64,000 bases of DNA from Amoebophrya sp. A120 (taxonomy: Eukaryota; Protista; Dinoflagellata): assembly GCA_905178155.1 (NCBI GenBank), contig CAJINV010000003.1, positions 4,623,863-4,687,862 of the forward strand, in the 5' to 3' direction. The position numbers were made by a program, and so were the translations under genes. The notes beneath the pieces were generated by a model. It was given only the letters and a program-made list of their open reading frames with translations. It did not search any database and was not told the DNA's origin. Below are positions 23,818 to 34,975 of the stretch, one piece after another. The first letter of the stretch is position 1; the number at the start of each line of letters is the position of its first letter.

Positions 23818-24385
23818 TTTTCTACTGCAGTAGCTTGTTTGTCAAACATATCCATTTTTCACGAGGACCCGAAGGTCTGCCGTTTCAACGTGATTTTGTG
23901 CTGTAAAAAACGCCTGCTTGCAGCACACACGAACTCGTCCCGTACTGTACAAAGGTAAGATGTTGACAGCGCATGCTGTGAGACTACAGTCATCTTCTTT
24001 CCAGGACCGACGCCGCGCCGCCAGCCTATCATCGATTGCTGGCGGTTGGTTTTTTTCCTTGAGTTCAACAAGTCCGTAGGCATAGCAAAACGAACACACC
24101 GACGACACCGCGAGGCGTTCGAGAGATTTCGCGAGCGTTGCCAAGCGTTGCTCAGAGCGCTGGCTTCTAGAGCTGGTGCTGGTGATGTAGTATGCGTTTC
24201 TGCCAACGTCTGAGAGATCGTAACGCAGAACATCCAGATACTCGTATGCGGCAGTAGGGACGCGAGAAAAAAATCGCATGGCTCGCCGAGAAATGAGAAC
24301 CCAAAGTTTTTCCTTCGGAACCGAAAAAGTACCTGCTCAAAGATAAAAACAAGCGAGGCCTTCCAGGGGTTCGAATTTCGTTATC

Positions 24386-27300
24386 ATGGAACAAGACGGT
24401 TCCGACGTGGATCTATCCGACGACGACCTGGATCCGTTGACCGCAGAGCAATGCCGGACGAAACTGCTGCTGCTCCTCGAGGAGCGCAAGCGCAAAAACC
24501 GGCTCGAGGAGCGGTTGGTGCTGAAGATGCGGAACCTGAACGACCAGCTGGCGGAAAAGCGGGATCAAGTCGAGGGACTGCAGCGCACCCTGGAAACCGA
24601 ACAGGCAAAAGTGGAAAACGAGGTGCGCACGCGCAGGGCGGAGCGTCAGAAGCGGCTTTCCGAGATGGACGTGCGCATTCGGCAGTACCTCACGGAGGTG
24701 CTGTTCCGCAGCAAACAGCAACCCAAAGCGCTCGCAAACAAGGAGGGCGGCGCCGAGCAGGACCAACAGCTGGCCAAACCCGCCAGCGCCGGGGGCTCGT
24801 CTGCCAATTTGTCCATGATTCTCGTCAGCTATTTCAAGCCGGGCACGTCGGAACGCTGCGATTTGCGGTACCGCGTCAACGAAACGACTTCCGTGCGGCA
24901 GCTTCGCTACGACAGCTGCAAATACTGGCAGCTAGATGGCGACGAATTTGTCGTTCGCACCTCGGTTGGATCCAAAGTTCAAGGCGACATGATGGTGCAC
25001 GAGGTAATTGCGTAAAAAGCTGGGTGACCGATTCCTAAAGGCTTAGACGATGAATATAGAGAGATTTTTACTCATTTCAGACCGAGATAGCGTGAGCTGC
25101 ATTCAAAATTGCTGATCTGGTAACCAAAAAGTTTTGCCTACGACTTATTGTTGCTTTCCAGAACAAGATGACCACCAAGAAGGCAACCGCAAGATTTCAA
25201 AACTTCTGACACCCAGATTTTCAAAGACGGCGAGATCGCACAAGTGTTTCTGCTTCCCCGGATCATGAACAACACGGTGGTGAGTGAAGCGGAGAAGAAG
25301 TCGATCCTCCCCAAGACCGGGAAGCTTGGACGTAAGAGCGCTAGCCTCGAGGAGGGAGCAATGTTGGCCGGAATTGGTGCCACCGGCGAGCAGGAACTGC
25401 GGAAGTGCGGCGGCGGCAGCTTGATGGTCAAGATTGCGGAGTTGAAGCCGAGTGAGTACCTGGCGCGCATACGATTTCGCGACATCCTCGTGTATCTGTT
25501 ACTTGCGTTGATGTGGGCGTGGCTCTGGCTGTCGAACCAACGCTGGCCCGGGCAGAGTTTTGCAATCGTCGAAGACATGGCCAGGGTGCTCGTCCACGAC
25601 GATTTCTACCAGATCAACTCCACCGCGCAGGCACTCGTGTGGTGGCAGCGGTCCTACTCCCGGTTTCTCAGTCCCCCCTTCACGCAGTACAACCTACCCT
25701 TCGGATTTTTGCGGTTGCGGCAGCAAAAGGTCCAGTACACCACGTGTCCGAGTCCCATCCTCAGCCTGGGAGAGGCGCTCCTCGCCGGCCGGAATTGCAC
25801 CGACGACAGTGCGCCCGAGACGTCCGGGATGTTGTCCGAGGGGCTGTACTATCAAATGTAAAAATGTCTGGGTCTGGAAGATTGCAAGGTTTGCCATGCA
25901 TATTTTGCATGACCCGTGATGTCTGCGATGTATGCCCCAGCATTACAATTTTTTTGCGGGTATCTTGATGCCTATCCCGCATGACAAATGCCCTCTCCGC
26001 GGAGCAAAAACTGGACGCCTCTTGCTGCTCATGCAATACAGATTTTTTTAGCTTCCAAAAATAGCATCACAAGTTGCATTCTTCCAGACCCAGACACTTT
26101 TGCAATTCATATGTACGCGTACTGGAATCACGTCGATTCGCACGGCCGCATCAAGGGCGGGAACTACGGCCGCGGCCCCACGCCGCCCTACATGTACACC
26201 TCCGACGGCAAACTGTACACGCTGCAGGGCAGCAGCGGCGAGAGCTTTGACAGCAGCGGGTACCTGGTGGACTACAACCTGATGGAGGACGCGCCGCTCG
26301 TGGCGACCAGCATCGAGCAGGACATTTTGGCGTTCCACCAAAACAACTGGCTCGACGCGCGGACGCGTCTGATTACCTGGTCCGTCACCGTGTACAACCC
26401 GCACTACGATCTTTTTCTCTCGCTGGACTACATTCTGGAAACCCCTCCGGGCGGGCAGGCGCTGGCGCGGATCCAGGTGATGCCGTTCCGGCCCAACAAC
26501 CGGGAAACGGACCAGGAGAACATGGAGGCCGCCACGTTTCACATCCGCCTGCTGTGCGCCCTATACGTGCTGTTCTCGGTGATTCCCATGGAGGTGGCCG
26601 CCCGGGAGCGCGTGTACAAGGCCGGAGGCAAGTATTTGATCACGCTGATGGGAATCGCGGACCAGATGATCGTCCTGACCACCTTCGTCGCGTACTTCTG
26701 GCAGCTCGTGCTGTTCGGCCAGGACGCGACGGTGGACGTGATGCGCGACGGGAAGACGCAGTTCCAGCACTTTGCGCAGGACGCCGAGCGCTACCGCGTC
26801 GCCTTCGAGGTGGATGGGTTGCTGGTCATCTTCCTTATGGTGCGGCTGTCGCGGTACCTGGCGATTTCCCGCCGGATCTACCTGTTGTGGAAGGCGCTCG
26901 ACCGGCTGGCCCGCCGGTTCTTCTACCTGATGGCGGTCAATGTGATGCTTTTAATCTTCTGGACCTTCCTGGGCAACACCTTGTTCGGCCGGATGTACAA
27001 CGACGAGCACTTATTGAGAGGAAAAATGCTTCCACGCCCAAAGTTGCAATAATTTGTGATGCGAAGTTTCCAAATGAATATGAAAACTTTTTGTCAGAGC
27101 GGGGTAACAAACCTCCCATAAGAAGTTACCGGCTAACTTCTCATCCACCCGGCCAGGTGCATGAGAAGTTAGCCTCAGCGAGCCCGTCCGCGGTTGCTAC
27201 CGCCTTCCCCGTCGGGCTCGCGCCCGTCCGTCGTTCCCATTCCCAGATCTCGGCTGGAGGGGGGGGGTTGAGTACATGTAAATAAAGGAGTTGAGCACTT

Positions 27301-28823
27301 TAATATATGCGCGCAAAAGTAATTCGCGGAATGAATCTCTACAAGTAGCATTTGATACGCATTTCTACTCCTAGAGTCTCTAGCATGCATGTAAAAGTAA
27401 GAAGTAGTATTTGTTTGATATGCATTTTCCCCCCCTGGTTCCTTCGTGTTGGTTGGTTTGGTTGATATGCATTTTCCCCCCTTGCGAGTCTGGTTTAACT
27501 CGCAACCAAACCAACCAACACGAAGTAACCAGGGGGGTAACCAGGGGGGAAAGTGCATAGGTTTAACTCGCAGCCAACTGCTCGCGCGCATACGTGCGTA
27601 GATCTCTTGACATCCGTCTTGAGGTTTAGGGCCGGAGCGCTCTCAACACTGCTGAAGCTTTAGAACCTGAAGGGAGTGCACGCCCGAAAGGATCAGGGCG
27701 CAAGGCTTTTCGATAGCGCTTTTTTCCAACTGGCTTCATAATTCGCTTACTCTGTTGCTTTTTTCTCCTTTTTTCCCGGGACCAACTGGCACCAAGAAGT
27801 TTTTCTTTTCGCTTGTCCCCACCCGGACAAATCGGTGTAGGTCTAGGTCTAGGCTTAGGACCATCAAATGTCCTCCTCCGCGTCCGCTGTTCCGACCTCC
27901 CACCGTCCCGCCGTCGTAAAATCTTCTTTCCTCCTTCAGTCCCGGATCGCCGCGACGTCGTGTTTCAGGGTTTTAGGGATTTAGGGTTCCTAGTTCGATT
28001 CACATGCATATAGAGACTCCGCATGTCAAGCGCTAAATTACCTTTACATGTACTCAACCCCCCCCTCCAGCCGAGTCCGAGATCTGGGAATGGGAACGAC
28101 GGACGGGCGCGAGCCGGACGGGGAAGGCGGTAGCAACCGCGGACGGGCTCGCTGAGGCTAACTTCTCATCCACCCGGCCGGGTGGATGAGAAGTTAGCCG
28201 GTAACTTCCTATGAGAGGTTTGTTACCCCGCTCTCATGCATGAAAGGAGTATGCGTCTTTCTGATGCAGAGTCTAGGCGTTTACCGTGTCGCTTGCATGA
28301 CAAGCGCCGCTCTTGCTGGGATCTTTTGGAATACAAATTTTTGCTATTCGCGACTGGAAATCTGTGATGCTGATAGATGCAAGAGGGCGAATGTTTCGTT
28401 TATTTGAAAGGTTTGCAATACAAATGCTCCCAGGTTCGGGGGTGGGGGCATTTTTCATTGTAATAGCACTGGCACAGCATAAGGATAAGCCTGATCTCCG
28501 TGTTCCGACTCTACCGCGGGGACGGCCGCTTCCTCTGGATGCCCGATCTGCGGCAGTCGCTCCAGCGGGACACGAGTTTCTACGTGGCCGCCAGTTGCTA
28601 CGCGGTGTGCTTCTACGGATCACTGGTTTTATTGCTGCAAAAAACGTTCGTGGCACTCGCAATCGAGAGCTTTGCGTTGATCAAACTCAGCTACGATCCG
28701 CGGTCCCAAGCAAATTGGAACCGGGAGCGAATATTTCGTTGGGTGCTGCCGGATCTGGTCTACAACATGGGTGCAACTCTGGTAGAGCGGCTCGAACAAA
28801 AATTGTCCCAAGATAAAACTTGA
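24386..28823 (+). CDS. Second polycystin-2-like channel with N-terminal coiled coil and possible ubiquitin-like domain, 4 exons
   Basis: GFLRLRQQKV, FDSSGY, NNWLDARTR, VYNPHYDLF motifs and pore SLISVFRLYRGD; GT-AG intron 25004-25216; non-canonical introns 25850-26116 and 27012-28470. Confidence 0.85.
25850..26116 (+). mobile_element. Introner family A copy 1 (element 25850-26111 plus TSD tgtac)
   Basis: ~30-bp TIR tatcaaatgtaaaaatgtctgggtctggaag; 5-bp TSD; removal gives EGLY|AYWN in frame. Confidence 0.92.
27012..28470 (+). mobile_element. Introner (element 27012-28465 plus TSD gcact) carrying a nested TIR element
   Basis: ~70-bp imperfect TIR (tattgagaggaaaaatgcttccac vs reverse complement tattacaatgaaaaatgcccccac); removal gives NDEH-W-HSIRISLISVFR in frame. 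Confidence 0.88.
27097..28233. mobile_element. Non-autonomous TIR element with ~185-bp near-perfect TIRs and 3-bp TSD (tca), possibly Harbinger-like
   Basis: gagcggggtaacaaacctc...gaggtttgttaccccgctc; tca at 27094-27096 and 28234-28236; no transposase ORF. Confidence 0.88.
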
Positions 28824-29516
28824 AAGCGGTGCTATTTCCTTCTTCTTCTCCACATTTTTGTTTTATTTTCCATCCCGAGCCGGAGCCGTGGGGGGGCATA
28901 GAGTTAAACATTGATAAGCTATCTCGCTGCTCCGGCTGGTGCATGAAAGTAGGGCCATGTGGTAGAGTATACCTTGCACGAAAGTGCTTCTTGGAATCGG
29001 CTCTATCTCTATCGCTGAAGAGTTCCTAGAAAGGCGCATAAACGAAAAATCCTTTGTGCTGGTTTGCTGTGCGAGTACTCACTTCTGCGGCTTGATGGTT
29101 TCCTTGACACGGACCGAAACAGGGGACGGGCCGGCACGTTCGAGAGAAGATGAGGCGACGAAAGAAAGCGAAGGATTGACAGATTTACAACGATCGGTTT
29201 GAGGCAGTAAAATACTGGAGGAGCGCAGGAAGCTTGCATAAATTTAGGACTGGAATATAATTTGAAGTCTTGTGAGTGAGCCGAAACGATGAAAGCAAAA
29301 GCAAGTAATGAGGCGGTAGAAAAAATCGGATGAGGGCGGCAGTCATGCCAAAAGAGGAACCACAAATGATGTCCTCCCAAAAATGTGGGGCTTTCCAGTC
29401 CAGCAGCACAGCAAGCCCACCTTCGTTCCGCCGTTGGGTTTCGTAACCACAAGCGAAAACAAGTGGAACAAGAAAGCCGGAGCCATACTTGTGCTTCTCG
29501 TCCCGCCTCGTCGATA

Positions 29517-32287
29517 ATGGAGGGTGATTCGCCCGCGGTCGGAGGCGGCGCCGAGTCCAGCCAGTCGCCCGACAAGATCAGCCGCGGAAAGACACGAGTC
29601 ATGAGTGGCAAGCAGCGGCACCCAACGGACCCGACGAAAAAGGAAGAGGCAGCGAGCAAGGTGGAGGACAGCATGTTTCTCACCCCCGGTGGCATCAATG
29701 AAGTGTTTAAGAACCCTGCGCACCGCCGGGACCAATCACTTCTCGACCGACTGGTAGAAGCGCTCAAAAAGATGGTGGTGGAGCGCTTCCGGAGCTTGGA
29801 GCAGGCCTTCTACCAATTTGCCGAGAAGGGTTTCCTCACCCAAGCGCATCTGGACAAAATGGTGAAGGCGGTCAAAATCCAAGTCGGTATTCGTTTACTT
29901 ATCATTTTTGTGGCCGATATATGAACATTGGGATCCGCCAAGGGACTCTTGTCCGCGCTGAGGCACGTTTGAATTTGATATTTAGCTCTCACCAACCTTC
30001 GTCGAGATTTTGCTTTCTGCTGTCTGGTAAGTAGCCAAGTTGCGACTGGCATTTTGTGATATCTATTTCTCGTCAGACGGACGCGTGGTGCGTGCAATCC
30101 ACGATAGGATGGTAAACCCGGACACGAAAGTGGTGGGATTTCTAGAGTTTCAGACGGTTATGATGGACATGACTCTGCGGAAACTGAAAGGCCAGCTCCA
30201 AACGTACACGAGGAATCATCGCCGTGTGCGAGCGAAGATAACGGCTTTCGTGCGGTCCCTGGTCTTTCAAAACACCGAAACAATGTCTGCGGCGGTTACC
30301 CGTTTCCAGTCAAAATTGACCCTCAACTTTGCCGCGCGGCTTTGGAACTCGATACGACGAAAGATATCCGACTCGAACAATCTCAGCATGTCGCAATGTA
30401 TTGATTCTTCCTTGAAGTTTAAGGGATTTGGTTTTTACATACAAAGTTTAGCTCGAAGATCGACTCCATTCGTCACTGTCCCTTCTGAAGCAATTCTGCT
30501 CCATGCAGTAAAACAATTCCGCACTCATTCACTACAGTTTTGGGCCATATCCGCTCGTGGAAGCAGTTTTTCCACGAATACGAGTACGAATTTTTCGGCG
30601 AAATTTTCAAGAGGCTGGATAGGCAACAGAGTAACAGCGTGGATGTATTCCACATGATGCTGGCCCTGGTTTTTTTGAGTCCCGAGACGAACAAAAAGGT
30701 ACTATCGATGCGGACTTTGTTTTCGGCGCGAAGAAGAGTTTCTCACTAGGAGGATTTTGTTTTATCAATTTGTTCAGTTTCATTGTGCATTTTTCCTGCA
30801 GACGCTCGAACACAAATATGTTCAGGTTCGGTTTGAGACTGTGTTTCGGGTATTTGACACGGACGACGACGGTTGTCTTACGACGGACCAAATTTTGAAG
30901 CTGTACCAGACCATCCGCACGCTGATTCCTGTTCTCGCCAACGACGAGGTCACAGCCGCGGCGAACACTTTCTTCAACGACGAACTGGGCACGCAAGAAG
31001 GCCGCCGGTTGTTTGACTTCACCATGGACCTGTACAAAAGTACGTCCAGCAATTTGCTGACGTGGGATGAGCTGTGGTCCCTGTTCGACTACTCAACCTA
31101 CCTGAAGGATAACCTCATCCCCGGGCTGCACCAACTCAATTGGGTACTGCTGCTTGATGAAACTGTAACCAACATTACCATTGTACCTTCAGCAGGAGTG
31201 AAGCAACAAAATTTGAATTGACTGTTGCCACAGATGACGCCCATGCGCATGTGTCCATGGCATGAAAAATATGGTAGCGTACTGCCATGCTTAGTCAAAT
31301 GATGTGCCGATGCAGGTGCTGAGCGAAGACGTGGTGAGCAATAAACAGAAAGCCAAGGGCGACGGCGGTGGTGCGGAAGCGAAAACGGACATGAAACAGC
31401 AGCTTGCGAGGTCACAGTCTGAGGCGCATCTGTGGTCGGCCGGAGTGAAGCAAGGGTAAGTAAACGTATGCGCACGAGCAAGGAAGATTCTCTCTGTCTC
31501 TATTCATTATCCTGCCTCCTTTGCCTGCTCTTCAAGCTCATTTTTTTTTTCGAAAGAACCAGAAAGGTTTTCCTCTTCGGAACCAAAACAGGTATTGTGC
31601 TGCGCTTCGGGGCGAGTGGAAGTACGTTCCACGCACACTTTATCCTCGTGAACTAGGTGAGTCCGCACCTCAGGAACAGGGTTGTCATATTCGAAGTACT
31701 TACTGATGCGAACAAGACCAGCTATTTCAAAGCGCACCCGACTCATCTAGGAAAAGGTTGCAACGGGCATAAGTATCTAAGCGCACCCGATTCCTTCGAT
31801 AGGAAAAGCTTGCAACGCTGTTTTTCCCTGAGGTGCGGATACTTTTCATCACGACATAGAAGCCCAAATTGACAGCCAGGAATATCTCTTTTGGAATCCC
31901 GGGACCGGGCGCGATAACCGGGGCACCAGCGGAATTGCGCTTGGGAAGCCGGGTAGCGCATTGGCCGCGCTGGCAGTCGGCAGTAAGGGAGCTGCTTCCT
32001 CCACGTCAAGACAGGAAGAATCAACCACCCCGGAGGCCGATGCGGAGGGAGAGCCGGCGACCAAGCAAAAGTTCCAGAAACTGCGGCAGTCTGTGTCTGA
32101 TACCATGTTTGACCAGACCGCGAGCGTTCCGAAGGTCCACTCCAAGGCCTGGGGCCGCGAGGCCATGTTGCGGTTTCACCTCTATTCGCTTGCGAAAGCA
32201 AAGAAGAAGCAGGGCGAGGGGGAGCTCCGAGAAGATATCGGGGCGGACAAAAGTGCATTGGACAAGGCGCTAGCTTCTGCTTTCTGA
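29517..32287 (+). CDS. EF-hand calcium-binding protein, multi-exon; last junctions uncertain
   Basis: FRVFDTDDDGCLTTDQI and FKRLDRQQSNSVD EF-hand loops; GT-AG introns 29887-30076, 30398-30537, 30699-30825, 31144-31315. Confidence 0.75.
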
Positions 32288-32288
32288 G

Positions 32289-33561
32289 TACTAAGGGGAA
32301 AAGTTCAAGAATAAGAATTTCAACAAAAAAATCATCACTGGCCCTTGAGCAATCCCAGAGCCGGGCGCCCGGTTGCTGGTTGCGGGGCAGGATTGCTGGA
32401 AGGCCGAGCGGCGGAAGGGCACACCAGCAGGCCCTGTCGGTCCAGAAACCGGAGCACCCCGTCGATTCCGCAGGCGAGCCTGTTCCTGATGGCAGTTCAG
32501 TGAAAACACAAGAAAAGCCTCTCCGGCGCCCGACGTCTTGCCTCCTTCTCCCCTAATGAAGGCATGACCCTCCACGCACTGAACTAGTTAACTTCTCTCG
32601 GTCTACTTGAGCCAGTCTTTTTAACATGAAGAGCCTTCATCATTCACAGAAAACAGACTTACTTAGGCGCCGGCTTTGGCGCTCTACTTTCTTGTAGGTC
32701 TACAGGGGCTGCTGAATGAATATGAAATATAGGACCCGAGGCTGCTGAAGTGCAGCTCATGAAGGAGTGGCCCCACAAAGATATAGAAAAGGCCTCCGAC
32801 ACAGGTAGCATTTAGCTTCTGCGCTTTACAACTATGAGACACCAGCTTGGCCGTTATCTAAAATCTCAAGAATACCAACAAGGGGGACCTCCCAAAGGGG
32901 TCCCTAAATCCGTATTCTTGAGATTTTAGATTACGGCCAAATCGAGGGAATCAGGTGCGTCTAAAATCTCAAGAATACCAACAAGGGGGTCCGCCCAAGA
33001 CACCTCCCCGAACAGGGGTTTTCGGGGAGGTGTCTTGGTTTGGGGCTCTTTTCGCACCCCCATCCGATCAGCCAAATCGACCGACTCAGGTGCATCTAAA
33101 ATCTCAAGAATACCAGAAAGGGGGTCGCCAAGTGGCCAACTCAGGTGCGTCTAAAATCTGAAGAATGCCAAAAAGTGGGCAACTTTGGTGCCCGCGCAGA
33201 AGTTCGTCGGAATCGGCACAACTTCCGGGCCCCTGCCAAACGTCCGAGGTGAACTCCCTTAGTGTGTGGCGATTAGTGCTTTACTTTGTGGAGGTTAGTA
33301 GTTTACTGCGTCCGATGTCCCGTTCGGGCGCAGGAAGGCCTCCTCCGCTACAGTGCCATAGCAGGACCTTTCTGAAAGCAGCCCGACCGAATGAGTTGCG
33401 CGGCCTTTGCTATCCGCCCCCTGTTAGTGTGTGTTTTCCAAAAATGGGATGAGTGGCGTTTGCAAATAAAACAGCACGCAGCTACGCTGTGAACTGACCG
33501 CGACGAGTCGCGTATTGATTTTTTTGTCAGTTTTCTTATTCTTGAACTTTTCCCCTTAGTA
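32289..33561. mobile_element. 1273-bp non-autonomous TIR element with TAC...GTA ends and 5-bp TSD ctgag
   Basis: TIR tactaaggggaaaagttcaagaataagaa / ttcttattcttgaacttttccccttagta; internal repeats tctaaaatctcaagaatacca at about 32857, 32960, 33095, 33150 and inverted at about 32912. Confidence 0.9.
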
Positions 33562-33572
33562 CTGAGGAACGC

Positions 33573-33633
33573 ATCGGGGCGGACAAAAGTGCATTGGACA
33601 AGGCGCTAGCTTCTGCTTTCTGAGGAACGCATC
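33573..33633 (+). repeat. 58-bp tandem duplication of the EF-hand gene 3' end
   Basis: Copy of 32237-32288 plus gaacgc, bounded by atc microhomology. Confidence 0.9.
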
Positions 33634-34975
33634 AGAACGACCGGGGGAATAGCGCACACTTCTACCCAGTAGCGGTCGCAACAGTGAATGCAAATACAAT
33701 ATTCAAACTTAAACCAACTGCAATTGATTTGTTCGGTGCTCTACGCCGGAAATGTTTTTCCATTCTCAATTCCAAACTCAAACCACATTAAACTTTTCTA
33801 TAAATACGCACAGTGCAGCGACGAGACAGAGGAGGGTTTTTGTTTTAGACTGCAACAGACCACTCCAGCCAAATCCAACAGAATGTTGATCAGGCAGGGG
33901 TGCTGGGTATGCGAGGGGCGATTCGCGTCGAGTAACTTTCCCCTCCAAAAGTTTTTTTGGTTAAAATCATAAGAAGCGGCGTGCGCTGCTAACATACCTC
34001 TTGTATTCGACACTGCACACAACTTTGTCCCGCCGTGAGAGTTTCGTCAAAACTATGCTAATGAAACGTAAGTAAAACTCTAGGTTTGCTTTTGCAGAAT
34101 GTTTGCTTTGATAGAGGTTTAGAGCTGGTTTCCAAAAAAAAAACGTACACGTCAATGAGGAACACAGTTGTACGATGCTCAGCTAGAAGCAGGGCCTGTT
34201 TAATGAAGCCGTGGGCTCAACACCTGCGAACCATACCAAAGATCAAGATGTAGATATGAACAAATGAAGGCGAGCGCGAGACAAAACAAACATGCAACTG
34301 AACCAGAATGATTTGAATGCACTAGAAGTAGAACTTTCACTCGGCTTAGCAGGATGCGGAAGCGTGGCTGAATGTTTGTGTATTGTAATGCTGCTCTGTC
34401 TACAGGTCCTGCTTGGCTGGGCTTGTATTTTCTATGCGATTCGGTCGATCTCGTTTCGATGCCCAACTAGCATCAGCTCTCATTCGGTCTGGATGAATGT
34501 ACAAAACATCGTTTTTGCAATGAAAGATTGAAACTTTTGCGTACAGTATCGGTTCAACATTGTGAATTGAAGCTTCGGTTTCTAGTCGTTCAGCAGCCTG
34601 TTGGCTCTTTCGTCTTAACATAACGTGCATCAGCATCTGCATCGTTCGAAAAGTTGGCAGCCGAGGCATGCCTTTCACCTGCCTCTGGTCGTACAGGCGC
34701 GATAAAATTTAGGCGTCATGAATGAAAGGAACATTCACCACACCCATCAAATCTATTTTGGCTCAGACGTGCAGTCGCGCACGTATTTAATACACCCTTC
34801 CCGATATTGTAAAAGTAGTTTTTCCCAGTCCCAGATTACTTCCCCTTTTTATCTTCTTCGATGATGAATTTTTCACCGACTTGACATTGACTTTTCTATT
34901 TTGTATTTGGGTCATTTCATCACTTGTCTAACCACTCCTCCTTGACTTTTTCTGCATTCGAAGGACGGCAGCAGG

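Noticed and set aside
34755-34766. attttggctcag resembling the dinoflagellate spliced-leader 3' end
   Set aside because: Only an 11-nt match about 210 bp upstream of the ATG; a similar match at 7662-7676 is on the non-coding strand, so chance cannot be excluded
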